Positions 19,842-30,012 of a DNA stretch of 64,000 nt are shown here, in pieces. A program made the translations under genes and the position numbers. The notes under the pieces were generated by a model. It was given only the letters and a program-made list of their open reading frames with translations. It was not told where the DNA came from and did not search any database. Origin of the DNA: Thermotogota bacterium (GTDB taxonomy: Bacteria > Thermotogota > Thermotogae > Petrotogales > Petrotogaceae); assembly GCA_051748045.1 (NCBI GenBank), contig JBNJGY010000001.1, forward strand, positions 119,873-183,872, written 5' to 3'. Each line of letters starts with the position of its first letter. Positions within the stretch are counted from its first letter, which is position 1.

Positions 19842-22157
19842 TTACACCTCCACTACGGTTACTCCACTTCCGCCTTCACCAGTTTTACCTAATCTAAAAT
19901 TTTTAATATCTTTATTGTTTCTTAAATATTGCCAAATGCCTTCAGCAAGTTTACCGGATCCTTTTCCATGTATTATATAACCTTCATTCATTTCATTCAA
20001 CATTAAATTTGAAAGTAAAATTTCTATTTCTGGTATAGCTTCTAACACTGTATATCCTCTTAAATCTATTTCAGGAACAACTTTTTTAGTTGGTGTATAG
20101 CTGATCTTACCTTGAGATACACTTTTTTCTTTCTTGTCTTTTTTCAATGGTTTTAATTCAGATAAATCGTAGGTTATTTCTATGGGTGTATCTTCAAGAT
20201 TAACTTTTGCTTTCTTTCCTCTTATTTCTGTGATTTCACCTTTTTTATTTCCTTGAACAAATACTTTCATCCCTTTTTTAAATACATAATTAATTTTCTT
20301 ATCTTCTTTTTTGTCTATTTTTTTGTTTCTAAATTGATGCTCTAATTCTTCTAGTTTTTTTATACTTTTCTTCGCTTCTTCTTCACTTTTGTTATTTTTG
20401 ATAGTGTTTATAATTTTTTCAATTTCTTTTTTTGTATTTTTAATTTGTTGATTAAGATTTTTTATTTCGTTATCTAATTCTTCTATTTTTTGATCTTTTA
20501 ATTTATCATATTTTTCGTTAAAATCTTTTTCTTTTTGTTCTAATTGTTTTCTTTTACTTTCATGAAATTCTTTATTGGACTGCATTTCTTCATATGTCCT
20601 AGAAATTTTACTAAAAATATTTTCGCTGTTTGAATGTTCAGAAGAAATGTATTCGTTAGCTTTATCTGTAATCTCTTTTAAAAAGCCCATTCTACTTGCT
20701 ATCTCTATAGCATGTGATGCTCCAGGAACTCCAGGCATTAGCCTATAAGTAGGCTTAAGAGTTTTCATATCAAAAGACATTGATGCTGATGTCAATTTGT
20801 TATTCTCAATTGAATATAGTTTGATTTCAGATAGATGTGAGGTCACAAATAATTTCACATTTTTGCCTATCAAGTAATCTATAATTGATTTACCAAGAGC
20901 AGACCCTTCTATTGGATCAGTTCCTGTACCTAGCTCATCTATTAGTACTAAACTATTTTCATCAGCATTTTTTATTATTGTATTTATATTAACTAAATGA
21001 GCAGAAAAAGTACTTAAGTTTTGAGTTATACTCTGTTCATCCCCCATATCAGTAAAGATATTTTTTACAAAAGGGATTTTTACTTGCATGCTTAAAACAG
21101 GTAACCCCACATGTGTAAGATAGAAAGCTACACCTATTGATTTTAAAGTGACTGTTTTACCCCCTGTATTGGGTCCAGTAATAATCATTCCATTGTTATC
21201 CAAATCAATTTCGAGAGGAACACATTCTTTTTCATCTAGTAAAGGATGCTTTAATTCTTTGAAATGAATTTTTTGATAACCCTTTTTTGGTATAAAATAA
21301 TTGGCTTTTTTTTCAAAAGAATAATTGGCTTTAGCAATCTGATAGTCAATATAAGATAATACATCTATATTTTTATGAATTATCGAGACATTATTATTTA
21401 TCAAAAGTTTTAATTCTGATAAAATTCTTGATATCTCATTTTTTTCTTTGTTTTGTAAATCAATCAATTCTTCATTAGATGAACTAATTCTTTCAGGTTC
21501 TATGAAATAAGTTGCTCCAGAATCTGATCTGGCAACAAATAAGCCCTTAATATGCCTTCTATGCTCAGCTTTCACAGCTAGACAAAGTCTTCCATTTTTA
21601 AAGACAGGTTTTTCGATACTTAAAAATCTTGAATATTTATTTGTATAAGAAGAATATAAAGAATCAATCTTTTGTTTCGTTTTTCTTATTTTTGATCTTA
21701 GCTCTTTTAATAATTGAGAAGCAGTATCTTTAATTTCACCGTCTATATCTATTACATCATATATTCTGTTTGTCATATCTCTTAAAAAAGAAAATTTAAT
21801 AAAAATATCAATGATATTTTTATCAAAATTTTCTTTATTCTCTTTAAATTCTCTATATACTACTTGATGAAATTCTGCCACTCTTCTAAATTCTTTAATG
21901 TCATTTATCGAATTTGTTTTTATTCTCTCTAAAGTATCTTGGATATCTGGTATTCCTTTTATATCAAACAATAACTGTTTATTTTTTAACATAAAAAAAC
22001 TTCGGGAAATATCTATTTCCCGCTGTAATTTTTCTTGATCTGTATAAATTTTTATTTTTTGTTTTAGATATCTTTTACCATAAATACTGTGAGAATACTT
22101 GCCTATTATTTCCAGTATTTTATCTATTTCTAAATCTTTATATGTTTTTTCTAAAAT
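19842..22157 (-). CDS. mutS2: Endonuclease MutS2 (start upstream of the ORF-track ATG; probable ATT start)
   Basis: Walker A GPNTGGKTV and a C-terminal Smr domain (IDLRG....A......IIHGKGSGKL). The open frame continues 55 codons upstream of ATG 21992 and encodes a MutS2-like N-terminus (LEIDKILEIIGKY...). Confidence 0.88.
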   Translation of the reverse strand: MLEKTYKDLEIDKILEIIGKYSHSIYGKRYLKQKIKIYTDQEKLQREIDISRSFFMLKNKQLLFDIKGIPDIQDTLERIKTNSINDIKEFRRVAEFHQVVYREFKENKENFDKNIIDIFIKFSFLRDMTNRIYDVIDIDGEIKDTASQLLKELRSKIRKTKQKIDSLYSSYTNKYSRFLSIEKPVFKNGRLCLAVKAEHRRHIKGLFVARSDSGATYFIEPERISSSNEELIDLQNKEKNEISRILSELKLLINNNVSIIHKNIDVLSYIDYQIAKANYSFEKKANYFIPKKGYQKIHFKELKHPLLDEKECVPLEIDLDNNGMIITGPNTGGKTVTLKSIGVAFYLTHVGLPVLSMQVKIPFVKNIFTDMGDEQSITQNLSTFSAHLVNINTIIKNADENSLVLIDELGTGTDPIEGSALGKSIIDYLIGKNVKLFVTSHLSEIKLYSIENNKLTSASMSFDMKTLKPTYRLMPGVPGASHAIEIASRMGFLKEITDKANEYISSEHSNSENIFSKISRTYEEMQSNKEFHESKRKQLEQKEKDFNEKYDKLKDQKIEELDNEIKNLNQQIKNTKKEIEKIINTIKNNKSEEEAKKSIKKLEELEHQFRNKKIDKKEDKKINYVFKKGMKVFVQGNKKGEITEIRGKKAKVNLEDTPIEITYDLSELKPLKKDKKEKSVSQGKISYTPTKKVVPEIDLRGYTVLEAIPEIEILLSNLMLNEMNEGYIIHGKGSGKLAEGIWQYLRNNKDIKNFRLGKTGEGGSGVTVVEV

Positions 22158-22717
22158 TGTAATGCCACCCCCATGGAAAATGGAAAATGATTTACTTTGA
22201 GATACGTATCGTCTTCATCATGATTTACAAGTTTATAATATCTAGTTTCGTAACCAGCTAAAAGGTATATATTACTATAAGATAAACCTGCTTGAACTAA
22301 TATCTCAGTAGAAAAAGTTTTTAAATAATCAGGAGAATTTACTCCTCCATAAGCATTAACAGAAAAATTTAGATCTTTAAATAAAGGACTGTTGTATTTA
22401 ACATTTAACCCCAAGGACAACCCTGTAGATTTTATATCATCATTATATGCATTTAATGGTGAATTTTTTAATTTTTCTATATAAAATATTCCTATATATG
22501 GCCCATATTTTATTTCACCAGTATCTTCAGTATCTATTAAATAAGATACTCTTCCGCCAAGATAATCATATTCATAATTACCTTGTGTCAACTCATTTAT
22601 TGCTTGTGAGGTCGCTTGATGAGTTAATGAATAAGATGGTGAAATAAATAATTCAGCTGAGAAACTCATAATTGTAAAAATCAACATAGTTATTAAAATA
22701 TAAATCTTTTTGTTCAT
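22151..22717 (-). CDS. Small exported beta-barrel-like protein (possible outer-envelope protein)
   Basis: 188 aa with a signal peptide (..FTIMSFSA), alternating hydrophobic/aromatic beta-strand pattern and a C-terminal Phe (..VALQF). Confidence 0.45.
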   Translation of the reverse strand: MNKKIYILITMLIFTIMSFSAELFISPSYSLTHQATSQAINELTQGNYEYDYLGGRVSYLIDTEDTGEIKYGPYIGIFYIEKLKNSPLNAYNDDIKSTGLSLGLNVKYNSPLFKDLNFSVNAYGGVNSPDYLKTFSTEILVQAGLSYSNIYLLAGYETRYYKLVNHDEDDTYLKVNHFPFSMGVALQF

Positions 22718-24559
22718 TTATACCACCCTTTTATTATTATTAATTATTTTAGTAATACTTTGTTTCAAAGATTTAGTATCTAAACCACAAATTTCTAACT
22801 GTTTTTGTCTACTTCCATGTGGTATGAATTTATCTTCAATTCCTAATGAATAAACATTTTTATCTTTAAACATTTTATAAATTGATTCATTAAAGCCTCC
22901 ACTAAGACTCCCTTCTTCAACAGTTATTATTGTAGAAGATTTTGTTTTTAATTCATTTATGATTTCTTGATCCATTTCCTTAATTGTTCTTACTCCTATT
23001 ACATTTATATCTATATCTTCAGTAGCTTTTAAAACATTCTTAGACATAGAACCAACAGTTAGAACATATGCTTCATTTAAAGAATTTTTTAGTTTTTTCC
23101 ATTTTATATCTACAAATTCTAAATCTGATATAATTTCATCTATATTTTTTTCATAATTCTCTTTAGGAAACCTAATAAATGTTGGTTTAGATAACCCTTT
23201 TTTTACACTAGTATAAAGAATATTAGCTAAATCCTGTCCATCTAAAGGAGTTATGAGTTCAATATTTGGAATTAATTTCAAATAAGATATATCAAAAACA
23301 CCATGATGTGTCGGACCATCTTCTCCCACTAACCCAGCTCTATCCAAAAGAAAAAGAGATGGTATTTTTTGTAAGGCTACATCATGTATTATTGAGTCAA
23401 AAGCTCTTTGCATAAAAGTAGAATATAAATCTACAACTGGTAAAATGCCTCCAAGAGATAAACTAGCAGCAGCTGTAACAATGCTTGCTTCTGTTATACC
23501 CATATCAATTAATTTTTCTGGGGCTTTATCTTTTAATATATTTAAACCTGTTCCAGCAGCCATTGCTCCAGTGAAAGCTAAAAAATTTTCATTTGATATA
23601 TGGGATAAAACATTTCCTACTATCTTTGAATTAGAAACACCTAAATTTTCCATAGGTTTTGAAACACCATGAAATTTAGAAGGTTCATTTTCAGCGTTTA
23701 TATACCCTTTCCCTTTTGTAGTCAATACATGAAGAACCACTGGCCCTTCATCATACTGTTTTAAATAATTAAGAAAAAGTTCTACTTCTTTAATATTATG
23801 ACCATCAATAGGCCCTATATATTTAATTCCTAAATCCTCAAAAAATCCAACAGGTTCAGAATAAACTGTATGCTTTAATCCTTCTTTCATCTGCTTTATC
23901 ATATTTTCTAGATCATGACCCAATTCAGAATCTCCAAGTATATCTTTCACAAACTTTTTCAAGGAATTATAGTTTTTCTTCATTCTAATTTTGGAAAACA
24001 AAGTAGAAAGAGTTCCAACATTAGGAGAAATAGCCATATCGTTGGAATTAAGTATGATTTTAACATTTGTCTTTTGATACTTTAGCTGATTTAATGATTC
24101 TAAAGCCATTCCACAAGTGAATGAGCCATCTCCTATAATAGAAAGAACATTTCTATCTTTTTTAGTAATTTTATCAGCAAGAGCGTAACCCAACGCAGCA
24201 GATATAGAAGTACCTGCGTGCCCTGCACCAAACTTATCAGCTTCAGATTCAAAAATATTTGTAAACCCAGATATTCCATCGTAAGACCGTAATGTTTTGA
24301 AATCATTCCATCTGTTTGTTAATAATTTATGCACATATGCTTGATGAGATGTATCCCAAATAACAACGTCTTCATAAGGATCAAAAACCCTATATAATGC
24401 TAGGGTTAATTCTACAACTCCAAAGTTAGAAGCTAAATGACCATTATTTGAATACACAACATCATAAATATATTTCCTAATCTCATCTGCAAATTCATAG
24501 AGTTGTGCGTAATTCATTTTTCTTATTTCTTTATAATATGGCTGTTCCATCAATATCAT
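22718..24559 (-). CDS. dxs: 1-deoxy-D-xylulose-5-phosphate synthase
   Basis: 613 aa with the TPP motif GDGSFTCGMALESLN, HQAY.HK and PTHHG motifs. Confidence 0.92.
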   Translation of the reverse strand: MILMEQPYYKEIRKMNYAQLYEFADEIRKYIYDVVYSNNGHLASNFGVVELTLALYRVFDPYEDVVIWDTSHQAYVHKLLTNRWNDFKTLRSYDGISGFTNIFESEADKFGAGHAGTSISAALGYALADKITKKDRNVLSIIGDGSFTCGMALESLNQLKYQKTNVKIILNSNDMAISPNVGTLSTLFSKIRMKKNYNSLKKFVKDILGDSELGHDLENMIKQMKEGLKHTVYSEPVGFFEDLGIKYIGPIDGHNIKEVELFLNYLKQYDEGPVVLHVLTTKGKGYINAENEPSKFHGVSKPMENLGVSNSKIVGNVLSHISNENFLAFTGAMAAGTGLNILKDKAPEKLIDMGITEASIVTAAASLSLGGILPVVDLYSTFMQRAFDSIIHDVALQKIPSLFLLDRAGLVGEDGPTHHGVFDISYLKLIPNIELITPLDGQDLANILYTSVKKGLSKPTFIRFPKENYEKNIDEIISDLEFVDIKWKKLKNSLNEAYVLTVGSMSKNVLKATEDIDINVIGVRTIKEMDQEIINELKTKSSTIITVEEGSLSGGFNESIYKMFKDKNVYSLGIEDKFIPHGSRQKQLEICGLDTKSLKQSITKIINNNKRVV

Positions 24560-24570
24560 CCTTTAGTTTT

Positions 24571-24981
24571 TTAATCAATTCCTTTTGCAAAATTATCTAA
24601 AATTCCATTCACAAACTTTATGGATTTTTCATCTCCATATTTTTTTGTTAATTTTATACTTTCATCTATAACAACTTTAAAAGGTACATTTTTTCTATAT
24701 AACAATTCATAAAAACCCATTCTTAACGAAGTTTTTTCAACAAAACCCAATCTCTCAAATTTCCAATTTTTTAAATTTGCTTTTATTTGCTCATCAATAT
24801 TATCAATTTTAGAAAAAAGATCGTTGATATATTTTTTAGAATGTTTTATATTTTTTTCATCAATATTTTCTTCTTTTGTTTTATCTTCAATTAAAAATTC
24901 AATGTGTTCTTTATTTAAATCTCTATAGTTTTTTTGAAATATGATTTGAAAAGCTAATTCTCTAACAGGGGATATTTCCAT
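24571..24981 (-). CDS. nusB: Transcription antitermination factor NusB
   Basis: 136 aa with R..A.Q..F at the N-terminus and a KF.NG.LD-type C-terminus (KFVNGILDN). Confidence 0.85.
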   Translation of the reverse strand: MEISPVRELAFQIIFQKNYRDLNKEHIEFLIEDKTKEENIDEKNIKHSKKYINDLFSKIDNIDEQIKANLKNWKFERLGFVEKTSLRMGFYELLYRKNVPFKVVIDESIKLTKKYGDEKSIKFVNGILDNFAKGID

Positions 24982-25415
24982 TATTCATTCCCTTTCTGTT
25001 CTTCATCTTCTTCAGTTTCTTCTGTATTTTCTTCTATGTATTCATCATAATCTTCTTCTACATTTTCTTCAATTTCTTCTCCCATGTTGATATATTCGAG
25101 AGATTCTATTGTAATATCTACATTTGTAATAAAAATTTCAGACATTTTTTCTAATTCTTCTTTGATAGATTTTTGTACTTTTTTTGAAAAGTCAACAATA
25201 TTTTCACCATATTTTGCTGGTATTTTTAAAGTCAAACTCAAGCTATCATCTTCATTATGAACTATCCTAATATTTTTTGAAAGTTCTCTTTCTATTTTTT
25301 GGTTGAATATTTGTTCCTCTTTCATGAATTTCTCAACAGTTTTATAAGTGATATCTCTTAACACTGTTTCAGATATGGTAATTTCTCCAAAATTGTTTTC
25401 TTCTTTTATAGGCAT
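24981..25415 (-). CDS. Asp23/Gls24-family (alkaline shock) protein with acidic tail
   Basis: Asp23-type N-terminus (GEITISETVLRDITYKTV), followed by an acidic C-terminal tail. Confidence 0.75.
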   Translation of the reverse strand: MPIKEENNFGEITISETVLRDITYKTVEKFMKEEQIFNQKIERELSKNIRIVHNEDDSLSLTLKIPAKYGENIVDFSKKVQKSIKEELEKMSEIFITNVDITIESLEYINMGEEIEENVEEDYDEYIEENTEETEEDEEQKGNE

Positions 25416-25465
25416 TTTAATACCTCCCTTGATTGTATTCTTTCCACCTAAAATTATATCATACT

Positions 25466-27916
25466 TTAAAACATTTTTAATTGGCCATGTGGTGTTTTAT
25501 ATTTTTTCTTTTTTATATTTTTAATTTTTTTTAATCTATTTTCTAAATCTACTTTATCTGATAAATTATCTAAAACATCTTTTGCCCTATCTACTATTTC
25601 AGCTGGAAATCCTGCTAATCTAGCAACCTCAATCCCATAACTATTATCGCTTACCCCTTCTTCTATTTTATGTAAAAATAGAACTCCATCTTTTGTTTCT
25701 TTAACTTGAACTCTTTTTGTAATTACATTTTCATAAATTTCAGAAAGCATTGTGAGTTCTGTATAATGAGTAGCGAATATAGTGTTTGATTTCAATACCT
25801 GGAATAAATATTCAGAAATAGCCCAGGCTACTGAAATTCCATCTAAAGTGGAAGTTCCTCTTCCAACTTCATCTAAAAGAACCAAAGAGTTCTCTGTAGC
25901 TTGATTCAAAATTGTTGACATTTCCATCATCTCTACTAAAAAAGTAGACTTCCCAGTAACTATATCGTCTTTTGCACCAATTCTAGTAAAAATTCTATCG
26001 TATATAGGTATCTCAGCTTCATCTGCAGGAATAAAGCATCCTGATTGCGCTAAAATACTGATTATCCCTATTTGTCTAATATATGTAGATTTACCACTCA
26101 TGTTAGGTCCTGTTAAAACTATAAATCTTTTTTCTTGAACCTCGAAATCATTTTTTGTAAAAGTTTCAACAAAGTTTTCAACAACTGGATGCCTTGAATT
26201 TATTATTTTTGATTTGTTTCCTTCAACAAAATTTGGCCTATTATAATTATTTATTCTACTTATTTCAGCGAAGTTAATTATTACATCTAAAAATCCAATC
26301 TTTGCAGATATTATTTTTAATTCTTTTATATGTTTTGATATTTCTCTTATAAAATTATTAAAAATTGTTTTTTCAATTTTTTTAACTTTTTCTTCTGCTA
26401 TAATAACTTTTTTTTCTAATTCTCTTAGTTCTTCTGTGATAAATCTTTCTGTGTTTGTAAGTGTTTGCTTTCTTATATATTCTCCTGGAACATTATTGGA
26501 TTGTGCTTTTGATACTTCTATATAAAAACCATAAATTTTATTTCTTCCTAATTTTAAAGTATTGATTCCTGTTTTTTCTTTTTCTCTCTTTTGAATTCTT
26601 TCTAAAAATGTATCTATATCAGTAATTAAACTTCTATATTCGTCTAGTTCTTGAGATATATTTTCTTTTACTACTTTTCCATCTCCTGGTTCATTTGATG
26701 GTTCATCAAATATATGTGTTTCTATTTCTTCCTTTAAATCATTTTTTAAATTAATATTCTCAAAAAAATCTTTCAACTTATCATTAATCTCCAAAGTTTC
26801 TTTTATTAAAGGGAGTTGAATCAAAGAGTCTTTTAAAGCTATTAAATCTCTTGGGGTTGCCTTTTCAAGAGATATCCTTGATATTATTCTATCGATATCT
26901 TTTATATAAGAAAGATATTCTTTTACCTCTTCTGAAATAAAAGTGTCTTCATAAAATATCTCTACCAAATCGAGTCTTTGATTTATTTTTTCTTTTTGTA
27001 TCAATGGACGATTGAGAAAATCTTTTAATTTTCTATGACCCATGGGTGTTTTTGTTTTTTTTAATATTTCATATAATGATTTTCCTCGATTTTCATCTGG
27101 AATAATATTTAAATTAGTCATAGTATTTATGTCGATATACATAAAGTCTTTTGATTTGAATTTTTTTGGAATATTTAGATGCTTAATTTTTTTAAATTGA
27201 GTTAATTCTAAGTATTTTAAAACCGCGTCTAAACTATTTAGCTCTTTTGAATCGAATGGCAAATGATCTAGAGATAATAAATCATATGACTCTTTGATAT
27301 GTTCTTCATAATTTGAAGAAAAATACCATTCATCAAGTATTTCAATATATATTTTTTCTGAAACTGATTTTATTTCATTTTTCAAATTTCTCAATTTATA
27401 GCTCAACAATACTTGTGAATAATTATTAGATATGATTAAATCTAATAATTCATTTTGAGAAATATCAAATCTATCTATATAGAGTTCTCCAGTTGAAAAA
27501 TCAAATAAAATTATTATATATTGGTTATTTTTATCATCTTTATTTATTAAAATACTAAACCTATTATTTTCATCCAGCATATTATCTTCAATAATTGTCC
27601 CAGGAGTAATAACTCTTGTAACTTCTCTTCTTACTATACCTTTTGATGCTGAAGGCTCTTCTACTTGCTCACAAATAGCTACTTTTAAACCGTTGTCTAG
27701 TAACTTTTTCAAATAATTATCCAAAGCATGATATGGTATTCCTGCCATAGGATAATTGTTTCTTTTTGTTAACACTATTTGCAAGATTTCTGATATTTTT
27801 TTTGCATCGTCAAAAAAAGTTTCATAAAAATCGCCTAATCTGAAAAGTAATACAGAATCTTGATTTTTTTCTTTTATTTTCATGTATTGTTTCATCATTG
27901 GTGTATACTCAGCCAT
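25466..27916 (-). CDS. mutS: DNA mismatch repair protein MutS
   Basis: N-terminal TPMMKQY...K......L.FR.GDFYE, Walker A GPNMSGKST and DE.GRGTST. ATG 27916 has a better SD spacing (AGGAGGA + 6 nt) than TTG 27919. Confidence 0.95.
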   Translation of the reverse strand: MAEYTPMMKQYMKIKEKNQDSVLLFRLGDFYETFFDDAKKISEILQIVLTKRNNYPMAGIPYHALDNYLKKLLDNGLKVAICEQVEEPSASKGIVRREVTRVITPGTIIEDNMLDENNRFSILINKDDKNNQYIIILFDFSTGELYIDRFDISQNELLDLIISNNYSQVLLSYKLRNLKNEIKSVSEKIYIEILDEWYFSSNYEEHIKESYDLLSLDHLPFDSKELNSLDAVLKYLELTQFKKIKHLNIPKKFKSKDFMYIDINTMTNLNIIPDENRGKSLYEILKKTKTPMGHRKLKDFLNRPLIQKEKINQRLDLVEIFYEDTFISEEVKEYLSYIKDIDRIISRISLEKATPRDLIALKDSLIQLPLIKETLEINDKLKDFFENINLKNDLKEEIETHIFDEPSNEPGDGKVVKENISQELDEYRSLITDIDTFLERIQKREKEKTGINTLKLGRNKIYGFYIEVSKAQSNNVPGEYIRKQTLTNTERFITEELRELEKKVIIAEEKVKKIEKTIFNNFIREISKHIKELKIISAKIGFLDVIINFAEISRINNYNRPNFVEGNKSKIINSRHPVVENFVETFTKNDFEVQEKRFIVLTGPNMSGKSTYIRQIGIISILAQSGCFIPADEAEIPIYDRIFTRIGAKDDIVTGKSTFLVEMMEMSTILNQATENSLVLLDEVGRGTSTLDGISVAWAISEYLFQVLKSNTIFATHYTELTMLSEIYENVITKRVQVKETKDGVLFLHKIEEGVSDNSYGIEVARLAGFPAEIVDRAKDVLDNLSDKVDLENRLKKIKNIKKKKYKTPHGQLKMF

Positions 27917-27934
27917 CAATAGTCCTCCTGCTTC

Positions 27935-27963
27935 AAAAAATTAGGGCGCTTTCATAGCGCCCT
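27935..27963 (-). terminator. Intrinsic terminator after clpP
   Basis: Minus strand reads AGGGCGC-TATGAAA-GCGCCCT followed by AATTTTTT. Confidence 0.7.
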
Positions 27964-27968
27964 TATTA

Positions 27969-28571
27969 TTATGACTTTTCTGCTTCTTCTTTTGAGTTAA
28001 TTACTTTATCAATTAATCCATATTTTTTTGATTCTTCAGCTGACATAAAGAAATCTCTATCTGTATCTTTTTGAATCTTTTCAATTGGTTGGCCTGTATG
28101 ATGACTCAAAATTCTATTCAATTCTTTTTTCATTCTTAAAATTTCTTTAGTTTGAATTTCAACATCAATAGCTGTACCTTGACTACCACCCCAAGGTTGA
28201 TGAATCATAATTCTTGAGTTTGGAAGAGCAAATCTTTTTTTATCCGCTCCGCCTGCTAATAACACTGCTCCCATTGACGCTGCCTGACCTAAACAAATTG
28301 TTGAAACATCATTCTTAATATATTGCATAGTGTCATATATTGCCATTCCCGCTGTTATTGAGCCTCCAGGAGAGTTTATATACAAATATATATCTTTCTC
28401 TGGATTTTTAGATTCTAAAAATAACATTTGTGCAACTATCACATTTGCAACTGTATCATTGACTTCAGTACCAAGAAATATTATATTGTCCTTTAAAAGT
28501 CTTGAATAAATATCATAAGATCTTTCATATCTTCCATCACTTTCTATTACTACTGGCATTGGTATGCTCAT
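27969..28571 (-). CDS. clpP: ATP-dependent Clp protease proteolytic subunit
   Basis: 200 aa with catalytic Ser (GQAASMGA), His (IMIHQP) and Asp (DTDRD) contexts. Confidence 0.95.
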   Translation of the reverse strand: MSIPMPVVIESDGRYERSYDIYSRLLKDNIIFLGTEVNDTVANVIVAQMLFLESKNPEKDIYLYINSPGGSITAGMAIYDTMQYIKNDVSTICLGQAASMGAVLLAGGADKKRFALPNSRIMIHQPWGGSQGTAIDVEIQTKEILRMKKELNRILSHHTGQPIEKIQKDTDRDFFMSAEESKKYGLIDKVINSKEEAEKS

Positions 28572-28870
28572 TATCCTAACCTCCTACCTTTGTTGACTTT
28601 TTCTATGACTTTTTTTGTGTCAACTGATGATAAAATCAATTGTCCACTATCCATATATATAACTGTTTCTACACTTCTTCCATAAGTGATATCAATTAAA
28701 CTAGTATTTCCCTTAACTTCATTATTATCATCTTTTTTTTCTTCTTCTGTTAAAACATCATTCCCTTGGAATATTTTTTTTACTCTTCTAAACTGTATAT
28801 ATTCCTGAGGTAAAATCGAATGAACTCTTTCTGCAGCTATGTAAGAATCCTTTGTTATTGGTACAAGCAT
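28571..28870 (-). CDS. DUF370/RemA-family protein with an internal charged insertion
   Basis: 99 aa in which [31 protein letters not shown] resembles the RemA core (LIDATYGRR.R.VI..DS..VILS.V.PET). Its TAATG overlaps the clpP start. Confidence 0.6.
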   Translation of the reverse strand: MLVPITKDSYIAAERVHSILPQEYIQFRRVKKIFQGNDVLTEEEKKDDNNEVKGNTSLIDITYGRSVETVIYMDSGQLILSSVDTKKVIEKVNKGRRLG

Positions 28871-29053
28871 TCTGCACCTCCAAATTTAAATTTTCTTAAT
28901 ATAATTATACATTAATAAAAGAATTTTTCCAAAAATAGTCTTACATACAAGTATATAATCATTTATTTAAATATATTTTATAACTAACAAACTATTTTAT
29001 TAACAAATTTTTGCTATAATTATTTTTGATTAAGAATATTTGGGGGTAATTAT

Positions 29054-30001
29054 ATGAAAGAAATAATTTCTTACAGAGAAAAAGAAGCTCGAAAATCTTC
29101 TATTGTTGGAATATTATTGAATAGTTTTTTGGGAATAATTAAAGTTGTTGCTGGTTTAATGACTAATTCTTTGGCTATACTAGCCGATGGTATAGATTCT
29201 ATAACAGATATAATAACATCATTTTTAACATTAATAGCTTCAAAAATTGCGAATAAACCTGCTGATGAATCACATCCATATGGACACGAAAGAATAGAGC
29301 CTATCATAACAAAAATACTATCAATAGTTATCTTATTTGCTGGGTATCAAGTTTTGTATAATGCGCTTTCTAGATTATTTAGTGAAAAAATAACAATAGA
29401 ATATCCATTTTTAATTTTTATAATATCTATAATTTCAGTTGTAGTAAAATTATTTTTATACTATTATAAAAAAAAGATTGGTGAAAAAATCAACAGTTCT
29501 TCTGTGGTTGCTGATGCAATGAATATGAGAAACGATGTTTTCACTTCAACAAGTGTTGCTTTCGGAATTTTACTATTTTATTTAACTGGTATTACTTGGA
29601 TAGACTCTGTTATAGCTATTTTTGTCTCTTTTATTATTTTTAAGGTTGGTATAGAAATGTTTTTAGAAACATCAAATGAATTAATGGATGGTTCTAAAGA
29701 ACTTGGAGAAATATATAAAATTACAATTCAGGCTTCTAATGATTTTGAATGTATCAAAAATCCTCATAAAATTAGAGTCAGAAAATCAGGGTATGTTTAT
29801 TTTGTAGATTTACATATAGAATTAGACCCAGACATGACGATTAAAGAAGCAAATGAAATTACAGAAAGGTACGAAAATAAAATCAAAGAGTTGAACAATT
29901 ATATAAAAGATGTTGTAATACATATGGAACCATTTGAAAATGATGAAAATGAAGGATATGGACTTGATAAGAATAAAATTAAAAAATATTTTGGAGATTG
30001 A
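29054..30001 (+). CDS. Cation diffusion facilitator (CDF) family transporter
   Basis: 315 aa with six TM segments, SLAILADGIDSITD and HPYGHERIE motifs, and a C-terminal cytoplasmic domain. Confidence 0.85.
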   Translation: MKEIISYREKEARKSSIVGILLNSFLGIIKVVAGLMTNSLAILADGIDSITDIITSFLTLIASKIANKPADESHPYGHERIEPIITKILSIVILFAGYQVLYNALSRLFSEKITIEYPFLIFIISIISVVVKLFLYYYKKKIGEKINSSSVVADAMNMRNDVFTSTSVAFGILLFYLTGITWIDSVIAIFVSFIIFKVGIEMFLETSNELMDGSKELGEIYKITIQASNDFECIKNPHKIRVRKSGYVYFVDLHIELDPDMTIKEANEITERYENKIKELNNYIKDVVIHMEPFENDENEGYGLDKNKIKKYFGD

Positions 30002-30012
30002 GGTGTTGAAAA

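Noticed and set aside
19842-21992. mutS2 as an N-terminally truncated gene or pseudogene
   Set aside because: The upstream frame is uninterrupted and encodes a plausible MutS2 N-terminus, and the full length matches normal MutS2. A non-canonical start explains the data better than gene decay.
28871-29053. Possible riboswitch or sRNA in the larger intergenic regions (28871-29053, 49815-50000, 57144-57249, 61817-62002)
   Set aside because: All of these regions are almost pure A/T with no GC-supported helices or conserved-looking cores. They are consistent with divergent promoter regions only.
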